Virus record (IMG/VR): IMGVR_UViG_2778261277_000005
Origin: a virus
Lineage: Duplodnaviria > Heunggongvirae > Uroviricota > Caudoviricetes
DNA: 17,171 nucleotides
Reading direction: 5' to 3' (one strand)
Shown here piece by piece: positions 1 to 8,396 of this stretch. Made by a program: the position numbers and the translations under genes. The notes beneath the pieces are model-generated. The model was not told where the DNA came from. It ran no database searches and saw only the letters and a program-made list of their open reading frames with translations. The number at the start of each line of letters is the position of its first letter. Positions within the stretch are counted from its first letter, which is position 1.

Positions 1-416
1 CTCCCGGTCAGTTCACGGATCAACACCGTGAGCAGCTCTGGCGATGGATTTTCCAGCGTCATGTTACCGTGACGGAATTCCACCTTGCAGGAACTGGCAC
101 TGACTCTGGTCTGAGTGGAAGTGGATAAAGACGGCGCAATGGCCGCCACAGGTTCTTTCTGCTCATCCGGCGTTATTTCTACAGGTAATAATTCAACGCC
201 AGTGTCAGAAGAGGTCGTTACCGGAAGACGCCGCGAAACACGCCCTTCGTTCTGCCAGAGCCTGAGCCATTTGAAAATAACATTATCATTGACGCCATTT
301 TCACGTGCAATCTGTGCAACACAAGCTCCAGGTTGTGATGCCAGTTCCACCATACGAAGTTTGAATTCATTCGAATAGTTTTTACGAGGTTCTTTTCGCC
401 AGTCCTGTAATTCCAT
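1..416 (-). CDS. Insertion-sequence OrfA/TnpA-like helix-turn-helix protein (IS66- or IS3-type), N-terminal ~138 codons; ORF continues beyond the window start
   Basis: Reverse-complement translation from the ATG at 416..414 is stop-free to position 1: MELQDWRKEPRKNYSNEFKLRMVELASQPGACVAQIARENGVNDNVIFKWLRLWQNEG... The 'NYSxEFK...ARxxGV...WxxxxQxG' pattern is the classic transposase OrfA HTH signature. Not in the ORF track because it has no stop inside the window. Opposite in orientation to the phage late operon. Confidence 0.55.
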   Translation of the reverse strand, partial: MELQDWRKEPRKNYSNEFKLRMVELASQPGACVAQIARENGVNDNVIFKWLRLWQNEGRVSRRLPVTTSSDTGVELLPVEITPDEQKEPVAAIAPSLSTSTQTRVSASSCKVEFRHGNMTLENPSPELLTVLIRELTG

Positions 417-501
417 ACTTAGATGTCCGTCTATATCAGATGGGCGTCTAAGTTACCAATTCTCGTCTGATGGCTACATACGGCGGTCAGTTTACGCTTA
501 C
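1..501 (-). mobile_element. Partial insertion sequence (one terminus plus start of orfA); candidate terminus near 495-501
   Basis: Minus-strand sequence reading inward from ~501 starts 5'-GTAAGCGTAAACTGACC..., consistent with my recollection that IS66-family inverted repeats begin GTAAGCG. The orfA ATG lies ~85 nt inside this end. Terminase homology begins only downstream of ~540. The boundary is uncertain (476-570 possible). Confidence 0.4.
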
Positions 502-573
502 GATAAGGCCCGCGAGCATTCTAAAAAGCGCCTCGACAGAACGTTCAGAAGCAGTGCGGCGGTAAAGAAAAGA

Positions 574-2286
574 ATGAGTCCACGTCGTAACGACAATAAT
601 GTCCATGATAAGACGTTCAGGGATGGCTCGTTCCTTAAAATTGGTTGGCCCTCGGTCAACATTATGTCGTCGTCGGATTACCGGTTTGTCGCCTTAACCG
701 ATTACGACCGTTTTCCGGAGAATATCGACAGCGAGGGTGATGGTTTCTCCCTGGCCTCAAAACGTACCACCACATTTATGTCCGCCGGGATGACTCTGGT
801 GGAGAGCTCGCCGGGACGTGACATCTGCGACAGCAAATGGCGACGTAAGTCGCCTCATGAAGCGCCACCGACGACTGGTATTCTTTCCCTTTACAATCGT
901 GGTGACCGCCGCCGCTGGTACTGGCCATGTCCGCACTGCGGTGAATATTTTCAGCCAGCTATGGATGCCATGACCGGCTACCGTAATGAACCGGATCCCT
1001 TTAAAGCCAGTGAGGCGGCGTATCTACTTTGCCCGCACTGCAGCGGCATTATCACTGCGGAGAAAAAGCGTGAGCTCAATAGTGCAGGAGTCTGGTTACG
1101 TGAAGGTCAGGTCATTGATCGTAACGGCAACGTTTCCGGTGAACCGCGCCGCTCCCGTATCGCCAGTTTCTGGATGGAAGGGCCAGTTGCTGCGTATCAG
1201 ACCTGGGCGCAACTGGTTTACAAATTACTGACTGCAGAACAGGAGTATGAAGCGACAGGAAGCGAAGAAACACTCAGGGCGGTTATCAACACCGACTGGG
1301 GATTACCTTATCTTCCTCGTGCCAGCATGGAGCAACGAAAAAGTGAACTGCTTGAGCAGCGGGCAGAGCCAGTTCCTTCCCGCAGTGTTCCGGATGGCGT
1401 TAATTTCCTTGTGGCGACAGTGGATGTGCAGGCGGGACGTCATCGCCGTTTTGTGGTTCAGGTAACGGGCTATGGCAGCCGTGGCGAACGCTGGATTATT
1501 GATCGTTACAACATCACGCAGTCATTGCGCAGTGACTGCGACGGGGAGAGCCAGCGAATTGATCCGGCCAGCTATCCGGAAGACTGGGATGTCCTGCTGA
1601 CGGATGTTTTTCATAAAAGCTGGCCGCTGGCCTCCGATCCTTCTCAACAAATGCGACTGATGGCAATGGCGGTGGATTCCGGCGGTGAAGACGGGGTCAC
1701 TGATAATGCCTATAAATTCTGGCGTCGTTGCCGTCGTGATGGCCTTGGTAAACGTATTTACCTGTTTAAGGGCGACAGCATCCGGCGCGCAAAACTGATC
1801 AGCCGTACATTCCCTGATAACACCGGACGAACGGGCCGCCGGGCGCAGGCCGCAGGTGATGTGCCGCTCTGGCTTCTTCAGACGGATGCCCTGAAAGACC
1901 GGGTGAATAACGCGTTATGGCGTGACTCGCCAGGTCCAGGCTATGTGCATTTCCCTGACTGGCTGGGGAGCTGGTTTTACGACGAACTGACGTATGAAGA
2001 GCGGAGCAGTGACGGGAAATGGAGTAAGCCGGGTCGCGGTGCCAACGAAGCTTTTGACCTGATGGTGTATGCCGAGGCGCTGGTCATTCTGCATGGATAC
2101 GAAAAGATCCGCTGGCCGGATGCACCGGAGTGGGCGAGTCGGGAAACCTGGCTGGAGTGTGTCCCGGACAGTACCGAACCGTCACCCTCACCGGAGCCGG
2201 TATCCACGCCTGTTAAAAAACAAAAACGGAAGAAAACAGTAACTGACGATGTTAACCCCTGGCTGACTTCCGGAGGATGGTTATGA
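574..2286 (+). CDS. Terminase large subunit, GpA (lambda A) family, 5'-truncated: lacks the N-terminal ATPase/Walker A region
   Basis: The 570-aa ORF aligns to roughly residues 140-641 of lambda gpA by recollection (e.g. WYWPCPHCGEYF vs lambda VACPHCGEEQY; FLVATVDVQAGRHRRFVV...WIIDR vs lambda YLTAGIDSQLDRYEMRVW...WLIDR). Four-Cys motif CPHCG...CPHCSG present. The same frame is open upstream through ~502 into the IS junction, so 574 is only the first ATG. Stop overlaps the next gene start (ATGA). Confidence 0.8.
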   Translation: MSPRRNDNNVHDKTFRDGSFLKIGWPSVNIMSSSDYRFVALTDYDRFPENIDSEGDGFSLASKRTTTFMSAGMTLVESSPGRDICDSKWRRKSPHEAPPTTGILSLYNRGDRRRWYWPCPHCGEYFQPAMDAMTGYRNEPDPFKASEAAYLLCPHCSGIITAEKKRELNSAGVWLREGQVIDRNGNVSGEPRRSRIASFWMEGPVAAYQTWAQLVYKLLTAEQEYEATGSEETLRAVINTDWGLPYLPRASMEQRKSELLEQRAEPVPSRSVPDGVNFLVATVDVQAGRHRRFVVQVTGYGSRGERWIIDRYNITQSLRSDCDGESQRIDPASYPEDWDVLLTDVFHKSWPLASDPSQQMRLMAMAVDSGGEDGVTDNAYKFWRRCRRDGLGKRIYLFKGDSIRRAKLISRTFPDNTGRTGRRAQAAGDVPLWLLQTDALKDRVNNALWRDSPGPGYVHFPDWLGSWFYDELTYEERSSDGKWSKPGRGANEAFDLMVYAEALVILHGYEKIRWPDAPEWASRETWLECVPDSTEPSPSPEPVSTPVKKQKRKKTVTDDVNPWLTSGGWL

Positions 2287-2495
2287 ATCAGAATGATATT
2301 GAAGCCATGATTCAGCGTTATACGGAAGCTGAAATGGCGGTGCTGGACGGAAAATCCGTCACTTTTAATGGTCAGCAGATGACCATGGAAAACTTATCTG
2401 AGATCCGGCAGGGACGGCAGGAGTGGGAGCGCCGCCTTGCGGCTCTGATTACACGACGACGGGGGCATCCCGGGTACCGGCTGGCGAGGTTCTGA
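2283..2495 (+). CDS. W: Head completion / head-tail joining protein, gpW family
   Basis: 70 aa; ATG at 2283 overlaps the terminase stop (ATGA), with GGAGG ~6 nt upstream. C-terminal '...TRRRGHPGY' resembles the lambda W C-terminus ('...QRRRGPAGFYV'). Position between terminase and portal is as in lambda. Confidence 0.75.
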   Translation: MNQNDIEAMIQRYTEAEMAVLDGKSVTFNGQQMTMENLSEIRQGRQEWERRLAALITRRRGHPGYRLARF

Positions 2496-4003
2496 TGGCA
2501 ATTCTTGATGATGTGATTGGCGTTTTTTCACCAGGATGGAAAGCGGCAAGGCTGCGTTCCCGTGCGGTGATTCAGGCTTATGAGGCCGTAAAAACGACGC
2601 GGACACACAAAGCCCGACGGGAGAACCGAACTGCCGACCAGTTAAGCCAGTACGGGGCCGTGTCGTTACGTGAGCAGGCCCGTTACCTTGATAACAACCA
2701 CGATCTGGTCATTGGTGTATTTGACAAGCTGGAAGAACGGGTGGTGGGGAAAAACGGGATTATTGTCGAGCCACATCCGGTATTACGCAATGGGGCCATT
2801 GCCCGTGATCTGGCAGCGGAGATACGCACCCGATGGAGTGAATGGTCTGTCAGTCCGGAAGTCACCGGGCAGTTTACCCGTCCGATGCTGGAACGTCTGA
2901 TGCTGCGTACCTGGCTGCGCGATGGTGAGGTGTTTGCCCAGATGGTTTCCGGGCGCATAAACAGCTTGACGCCTTCTGCCGGTGTTCATTTCTGGCTGGA
3001 GGCGCTCGAGCCGGACTTTATTCCCATGACCAGTGATGAGAGCAACAGGCTGAATCAGGGCGTGTTTGTTGATGACTGGGGGCGTCCCGAAAAATATCTG
3101 GTGTATAAAAGCCGTCCCGTATCCGGGCGGCAGATGGAAACCAAAGAAGTGGATGCAGAGCGAATGCTGCATCTTAAATTTGTTCGCCGTCTGCACCAGA
3201 TGCGCGGGACGTCTTTGTTGTCCGGTGTGCTGATCCGCCTCAGTGCTCTGAAAGAGTATGAAGATTCTGAGCTGACTGCAGCAAGGATCGCCGCTGCTCT
3301 GGGGATGTACATCCGGAAAGGCGACGGACAGAGCTATGAAACGGATGGTAATGACAGCAAGGAGAATGAACGCGAGCTTACCATTCAGCCAGGCATTATT
3401 TACGACGATCTGAAACCCGGCGAAGAAATCGGAATGGTGAAGTCGGATCGCCCCAATCCTAACCTTGAAACTTTTCGTAATGGTCAGTTGCGTGCCGTGG
3501 CTGCGGGCAGTCGTCTGAGTTTTTCCAGTACAGCGCGCAACTATAACGGCACTTACAGCGCCCAGCGTCAGGAGCTGGTTGAATCTACTGATGGCTACCT
3601 GATCCTGCAGGACTGGTTTATTGGTGCCGTCACCCGCCCGATGTACCGTGCCTGGCTGAAACAGGCTGTGGCATCCGGTGTTATCAGGCTACCCCGCGAT
3701 CTGGACCGATCTTCACTGTATACCGCGGTGTATTCCGGACCGGTGATGCCGTGGATTGACCCTGTTAAGGAGGCTGAGGCCTGGAAAATTCAGATTCGTG
3801 GTGGAGCGGCGACAGAATCAGACTGGGTACGTGCAGGTGGTCGTAATCCGGATGATGTCAAACGTCGGCGCAAGGCCGAAATTGATGAAAACCGCAAGCT
3901 GGATCTGGTATTTGATACCGATCCGGCCAGTGATAAAGGAGGCAGCAGTGCCGCAACGAAACGACAGGAGCCGCAGCACACCGACGACCAGTCCGAAGAA
4001 TAA
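2495..4003 (+). CDS. Portal protein (lambda B-type family)
   Basis: 502 aa from the ATG overlapping the W stop (TGATG); the ORF-track start at 2423 is an in-frame upstream extension that overlaps W. Size and position are typical for a portal; sequence is diverged from lambda B. Confidence 0.8.
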   Translation: MAILDDVIGVFSPGWKAARLRSRAVIQAYEAVKTTRTHKARRENRTADQLSQYGAVSLREQARYLDNNHDLVIGVFDKLEERVVGKNGIIVEPHPVLRNGAIARDLAAEIRTRWSEWSVSPEVTGQFTRPMLERLMLRTWLRDGEVFAQMVSGRINSLTPSAGVHFWLEALEPDFIPMTSDESNRLNQGVFVDDWGRPEKYLVYKSRPVSGRQMETKEVDAERMLHLKFVRRLHQMRGTSLLSGVLIRLSALKEYEDSELTAARIAAALGMYIRKGDGQSYETDGNDSKENERELTIQPGIIYDDLKPGEEIGMVKSDRPNPNLETFRNGQLRAVAAGSRLSFSSTARNYNGTYSAQRQELVESTDGYLILQDWFIGAVTRPMYRAWLKQAVASGVIRLPRDLDRSSLYTAVYSGPVMPWIDPVKEAEAWKIQIRGGAATESDWVRAGGRNPDDVKRRRKAEIDENRKLDLVFDTDPASDKGGSSAATKRQEPQHTDDQSEE

Positions 4004-4016
4004 TTCCTGGTTCAGG

Positions 4017-5975
4017 ATGCAGGCAGGTCACCAGAGTGACGCGGATATTTATATTTATGACGAGATTGGTTTCTGGGGTGTTACAGCGAAGCAGTTTATC
4101 AGTGATCTGAATGCACTGGGCGATATCACCCACATTAATCTCCATATTAATTCACCGGGTGGCGATGTCTTTGAAGGCATCGCCATTTTTAATGCACTGA
4201 AAACACATGGTGCGTCCATTACCGTTTATGTCGACGGTGTGGCGGCGTCAATGGCGTCGGTCATTGCGATGGTGGGAAACCCGGTCATTATGCCGGAAAA
4301 CTCCTTCATGATGATTCATAAACCATTTGGCTTTACGGGCGGTGATGCGGAGGACATGCGCACCTATGCCGACCTGCTCGATAAAGTTGAGGCGGTTCTG
4401 TTACCCGCTTATGCACAGAAAACCGGGAAAACCACCGATGAAATTGCTGCCATGCTGGCGGATGAGACCTGGATGTCCGGTGCCGAATGTCTGGCACAGG
4501 GATTTGCTGATCAGGTGACACCAGCCGTTAAGGCAATGGCATGTATTCAGTCAAAACGTACAGAGGAATTTAAAAAGATGCCGGAATCCATTCGAAACAT
4601 GATTACTCCGCCACGCAACAGTGCTCCACGCGTACAGGATGATGAACCTGCAGCCTCCCGGACGCCAGTGCAGGCAGCAGCACCCGTGGTGGATGAAAAC
4701 AGTATCCGTGCGCAGGTACTGGCAGAGCAAAAAGCGCGTGTAAACGGTATTAATGATCTGTTTGCCATGTTTGGCGGGCGTTATCAGATGCTGCAGGCCC
4801 AGTGTCTTGCCGATCCTGAATGTTCGCTGGAGCAGGCCCGTGAAAAGCTGTTGAACGAGATGGGGCGCGAGTCCACGCCATCCAATAAAAATACCCCGGC
4901 TCATATTTATGCCGGTAACGGTAATTTTGTGGGGGACGGGATCCGCCAGGCGCTGATGGCGCGTGCCGGATTTGAAAAAACCGAACGTGATAATGTCTAC
5001 AACGGGATGACCCTGCGTGAATATGCCCGTATGTCACTAACTGAACGGGGTATTGGGGTTTCCGGTTATAACCCGATGCAGATGGTCGGTGCGGCGTTCA
5101 CACACAGTACGTCTGACTTCGGTAATATTCTGCTGGATGTTGCGAACAAAGCCATTCTGCAGGGCTGGGAAGATGCCCCTGAAACCTATGAACAGTGGAC
5201 GCGGAAAGGTCAGTTGTCTGATTTTAAAATTGCCCATCGTGTGGGTATGGGGGGCTTCAGTGCTCTGCGTCAGGTGCGTGAAGGGGCGGAATATAAATAC
5301 GTCACCACCGGAGATAAACAGGCCACTATTGCACTGGCGACCTATGGCGAGCTGTTCAGTTTCACCCGTCAGGCCATTATCAATGATGATCTGAATATGC
5401 TGACCGATGTCCCGATGAAACTGGGCCGTGCGGCGAAATCCACTATTGCCGATCTGGTTTATGCCATTCTGACGTCTAACCCGAAAATCTCCACAGATAA
5501 TGTAAGTCTGTTCGATAAAGCGAAACATGCAAACGTACTGGAGAGCGCTGCAATGGACGTGGCATCGCTGGATAAAGCCCGCCAGTTGATGCGCGTTCAG
5601 AAAGAGGGGGAGCGTCATCTGAATATTCGTCCTGCGTTCGTACTGGTACCGACGGCGATGGAGTCTGTTGCTAACCAGGTCATTCGCTCCTCAAGTGTCA
5701 AGGGGGCTGACATTAACGCCGGTATTATTAACCCGGTGAAAGATTTTGCGACCGTTATTGCAGAGCCTCGTCTTGATGATAACAGCCAGACCACCTTCTA
5801 CCTGGCTGCGTCAAAAGGCTCCGATACGATTGAAGTGGCTTATCTCAACGGTGTGGATACGCCATATATTGATCAGATGGAGGGCTTCAGTGTGGATGGC
5901 GTGACAACGAAAGTGCGTATTGACGCCGGTGTCGCGCCAGTTGATCACCGCGGTCTGGTGAAATGTACGGCGTAA
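4017..5975 (+). CDS. Fused prohead protease (ClpP/S14-like) - linker/scaffold - major capsid protein (HK97 fold)
   Basis: The N-terminal ~200 aa carry a ClpP-like serine protease signature (HINSPGGDVFEGIAIF..., GVAASMASVI..., MMIHKP); a Pro/Ala/Gln-rich linker follows; the C-terminal ~380 aa resemble major capsid proteins. Start chosen at the first ATG after the portal stop (MQAGHQSDADIYIYDE...); the ORF-track start at 3756 overlaps the portal. Confidence 0.8.
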   Translation: MQAGHQSDADIYIYDEIGFWGVTAKQFISDLNALGDITHINLHINSPGGDVFEGIAIFNALKTHGASITVYVDGVAASMASVIAMVGNPVIMPENSFMMIHKPFGFTGGDAEDMRTYADLLDKVEAVLLPAYAQKTGKTTDEIAAMLADETWMSGAECLAQGFADQVTPAVKAMACIQSKRTEEFKKMPESIRNMITPPRNSAPRVQDDEPAASRTPVQAAAPVVDENSIRAQVLAEQKARVNGINDLFAMFGGRYQMLQAQCLADPECSLEQAREKLLNEMGRESTPSNKNTPAHIYAGNGNFVGDGIRQALMARAGFEKTERDNVYNGMTLREYARMSLTERGIGVSGYNPMQMVGAAFTHSTSDFGNILLDVANKAILQGWEDAPETYEQWTRKGQLSDFKIAHRVGMGGFSALRQVREGAEYKYVTTGDKQATIALATYGELFSFTRQAIINDDLNMLTDVPMKLGRAAKSTIADLVYAILTSNPKISTDNVSLFDKAKHANVLESAAMDVASLDKARQLMRVQKEGERHLNIRPAFVLVPTAMESVANQVIRSSSVKGADINAGIINPVKDFATVIAEPRLDDNSQTTFYLAASKGSDTIEVAYLNGVDTPYIDQMEGFSVDGVTTKVRIDAGVAPVDHRGLVKCTA

Positions 5976-5997
5976 ACGTCGCAGACAACAACTCTGA

Positions 5998-6020
5998 TGG
6001 CCCGTAAGGGCTTTTTTTGT
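5998..6020 (+). terminator. Putative intrinsic terminator after the capsid gene
   Basis: GCCC-GTAA-GGGC short hairpin immediately followed by TTTTTTT, about 25 nt after the capsid stop codon. Confidence 0.45.
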
Positions 6021-6061
6021 ACCTGAAATCAGCCCCTGAACGGGGCTGTGCGGAGACAGTT

Positions 6062-6385
6062 ATGGCAAAGAATTTTGTAGAAGAAGGAAAAACGGTGGCG
6101 ATTGTTGCCAGTGCAGCCATCAGCAGCGGAGATCTGGTGCAGGTGGGCGATGTTTTTGCGGTGGCGCTGACCGATATTCCACAGGGTGAAACAGGCGACG
6201 GCATGACCGAAGGTGTGTTTATGCTGCCTAAGCTGAAAACGGATGACATGAAAACGGGTAAGAAGGTTTATCTGAAGTCCGGAAAAGTTCAGCTGACTAA
6301 CAGCGGCTCTGATCCGCTGGTCGGGGTTGTCTGGGCAGATGCCGGAACCAGTGCAGAAGAAGTGCCGGTAAAACTCAATGTCTGA
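6062..6385 (+). CDS. DUF2190-family small head protein (putative capsid decoration/cement protein)
   Basis: 107 aa from MAKNFVEEGKTV...VGVVWADAG...VPVKLNV, preceded by GGAGA; it resembles the ~110-aa DUF2190 proteins that commonly follow major capsid genes. The ORF-track start at 6017 is an upstream extension. Confidence 0.55.
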   Translation: MAKNFVEEGKTVAIVASAAISSGDLVQVGDVFAVALTDIPQGETGDGMTEGVFMLPKLKTDDMKTGKKVYLKSGKVQLTNSGSDPLVGVVWADAGTSAEEVPVKLNV

Positions 6386-6653
6386 TCCCTTTTCCCGGCT
6401 GGCAGCGCGTATGGATGCTATCACGGTTAGAAAGATGGGAAAGACAGCCTCGATTAATGATGTCGATATGACTGTGATCCCGGGAGAAACACTGGCAGAG
6501 CTGAATGCTCTGTCCGGACCTGCGGTCTCTCTGGTGGTGTTTTCTTCGGGATACCGCCCACGGCGCGGGGATCGCGTTGTTTATGACGGACAACAATGGA
6601 CGGTCACACGGCATGAACGTTTTAACGGTAAGCCAATGATCTTTATTGAGTAA
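6378..6653 (+). CDS. Head-tail connector protein, lambda FII-like
   Basis: 91 aa. 'RRGDRVVYDGQQWTVTR' matches the lambda FII 'RRGDTLTIGEENFWVDR' region by recollection, and the N-terminus 'FSRLAARMDAI' resembles FII 'FDAAIARADETI'. Start overlaps the previous stop. Confidence 0.65.
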   Translation: MSDPFSRLAARMDAITVRKMGKTASINDVDMTVIPGETLAELNALSGPAVSLVVFSSGYRPRRGDRVVYDGQQWTVTRHERFNGKPMIFIE

Positions 6654-6664
6654 AGAGGTGTGGG

Positions 6665-7243
6665 ATGAAGGGGCTTGAGAATGCCATCCGTAATCTGAAC
6701 AGCCTTGATACCCGTATGGTGCCACAGGCCAGCGCATGGGCGATAAACCGTGTGGCACAGAAAGCGGTCTCGGTCGCCACCCGGCAGGTTGCCGGGAATA
6801 CCGTTGCGGGAGATAACCAGGTGAAAGGGATCCCCCTGAAACTGGTACGTCAGCGTGTCCGGGTGTTTAAAGCCAGTCCGTCAGGAAAAATGACGGCCAG
6901 GATCCGCGTTAACCGGGGCAATCTGCCCGCTATTAAGCTGGGGACAGCCCGGGTCAGACTGGCCCGGCGTGGTGGAAAACTGCAGTACCGTGGCAGTGTG
7001 CTGAAGGTGGGTAAATATCTTTTCCGGGATGCGTTTATTCAGCAACTGGCGAATGGTCGCTGGCATGTGATGCGGCGTATTGATGGCAAAAATCGTTACC
7101 CCATTGATGTGGTGAAAGTCCCGCTGTCCGGACCGCTGACACAGGCATTTGAAGATGCCCGCGACCGCATTATTGCTGCGGAAATGCCGAAACAGCTGGG
7201 GTATGCACTGAAACAACAACTGAGGTTATGGCTGACCCGATGA
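6665..7243 (+). CDS. Z: Minor tail protein Z (tail completion)
   Basis: 192 aa, the same length as lambda Z; strongly lambda-Z-like (AINRVA..., IRVNRGNLPAIKLG, QQLANGRWHVMRR, GKNRYPIDVVKVP, LGYALKQQLR). GAGGTG RBS upstream. Confidence 0.85.
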   Translation: MKGLENAIRNLNSLDTRMVPQASAWAINRVAQKAVSVATRQVAGNTVAGDNQVKGIPLKLVRQRVRVFKASPSGKMTARIRVNRGNLPAIKLGTARVRLARRGGKLQYRGSVLKVGKYLFRDAFIQQLANGRWHVMRRIDGKNRYPIDVVKVPLSGPLTQAFEDARDRIIAAEMPKQLGYALKQQLRLWLTR

Positions 7244-7641
7244 ACCGACATACACAAATCCGCCAGGCCGTACTGGCACGCCTTCGGGAACAGTGTGGAG
7301 ACAGCGCCACGTTTTTTGACGGGCTTCCGGCATTTATTGATGCGCAGGAACTGCCTGCCGTGGCGGTGTGGCTGAGTGATGCTCAGTACACCGGAAAAAT
7401 GACGGATGAAGATGACTGGCAGGCTGTTCTGCATATTGCTGTCTTCATCCGGGCACAGGCACCGGATTCAGAGCTGGATATGTGGATGGAGAGCACCATT
7501 TTCCCGGCCCTGAATGATATACCGGCACTTTCCGGACTCATCGACACCCTGATCCCTCTCGGTTTTAACTATCAACGTGATAATGAGATGGCCACCTGGG
7601 CGATGGCGGAAATCACGTACCAGATCACGTACACGAATTAA
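7240..7641 (+). CDS. U: Tail terminator protein U
   Basis: ATG at 7240 overlaps the Z stop (ATGA). MNRHTQIRQAVLARL...ATFFDG...PAVAVWL...PDSELDMWMES...IPALS...ITYTN parallels lambda U almost residue for residue by recollection. The ORF-track start at 7228 is a short upstream extension. Confidence 0.9.
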   Translation: MNRHTQIRQAVLARLREQCGDSATFFDGLPAFIDAQELPAVAVWLSDAQYTGKMTDEDDWQAVLHIAVFIRAQAPDSELDMWMESTIFPALNDIPALSGLIDTLIPLGFNYQRDNEMATWAMAEITYQITYTN

Positions 7642-7652
7642 AGGAGGTGGCA

Positions 7653-8396
7653 ATGACCACACCAAATCCACTGGCAAAAACGAAAGGTGCGGGAACGACG
7701 TTCTGGATGTACACCGGCAAGGGCGATGCGTTTGCGAACCCTTTATCGGACACTGACTGGCTGCGTCTTGCGATGGTGAAGGATCTGCAACCTGGCGAAA
7801 TGACCGCTGATGCAGAAGATGACACTTATCTCGATGATGAAGATGCAGACTGGAAAACGACAACCCAGGGGCAGAAATCCGTTGGTGATACTTCGGCGAC
7901 GCTGGCCTGGCGTCCGGGTGACAGCGGGCAGAAAAAACTGGTTCAGTTGTTCGACTCCGGTGAAGTCTGCGCGTTTCGTATCAAATATCCCAACGGCACT
8001 GTTGATGTTTTCCGTGGCTGGCTGAGCTCACTGGGTAAAACCATTGCCTCAAAAGACGTGATGACCCGCACAGTGAAAATCAGCGGTGTGGGGCGTCCGT
8101 ATCTGGCAGAGGAAGGCACTGAAACAGTGAGCGTTACCGGGCTGACGGTGGCACCGGCATCTGCCAGTGTAAAAGTGGGAGCAACCACCACGCTGACCTT
8201 TACAGTAAAACCTGACGGAGCCAGTGACAAAGCGATCAGTGTGCATTCGACAGATCCACAGACTGCCACGGTGACCCTGAACGGGCTTGTGGCCACGGTG
8301 AAAGGCGTGAAGCAGGGCAGTGTCAGCATTGTGGGCATGACTTCTGACGGCGATTTTGTGGCAGTGGCTGCGGTGGCTGTCAGCGCCGCAGGTTAA
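7653..8396 (+). CDS. V: Major tail tube protein V with C-terminal Ig-like (Big_2-type) domain
   Basis: AGGAGG RBS, then ATG (MTTPNPLAKTKGAGTT...). Matches lambda V (KGAGTT, YANPLSD, YLDDEDADW, QGQKS.GDTS, NGTVDVFRGW), and the C-terminal ~90 aa are Thr/Val/Ser-rich like the lambda V Ig-like domain. The ORF-track start at 7647 is a GTG two codons upstream. Confidence 0.9.
   Translation: MTTPNPLAKTKGAGTTFWMYTGKGDAFANPLSDTDWLRLAMVKDLQPGEMTADAEDDTYLDDEDADWKTTTQGQKSVGDTSATLAWRPGDSGQKKLVQLFDSGEVCAFRIKYPNGTVDVFRGWLSSLGKTIASKDVMTRTVKISGVGRPYLAEEGTETVSVTGLTVAPASASVKVGATTTLTFTVKPDGASDKAISVHSTDPQTATVTLNGLVATVKGVKQGSVSIVGMTSDGDFVAVAAVAVSAAG

Noticed and set aside
115-378. 87-aa plus-strand ORF at the window start
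   Set aside because: It is antisense to the far better supported IS OrfA-like HTH ORF on the minus strand and has no recognisable protein features.
986-1465. Alternative-frame plus-strand ORFs inside the terminase gene (986..1231, 1247..1465) and inside G (8485..8775)
   Set aside because: They overlap a well-supported coding frame out of frame, with no RBS or conservation rationale.
3756-4016. ORF-track N-terminal extensions of the capsid fusion (start 3756), and similarly for portal (2423), H (9123), the DUF2190 gene (6017), U (7228), V (7647) and K (13252)
   Set aside because: These are in-frame upstream extensions that overlap the 3' end of the preceding gene. The downstream ATGs with SD sequences or ATGA/TGATG/TAATG coupling match the N-termini of lambda homologues and were used instead.
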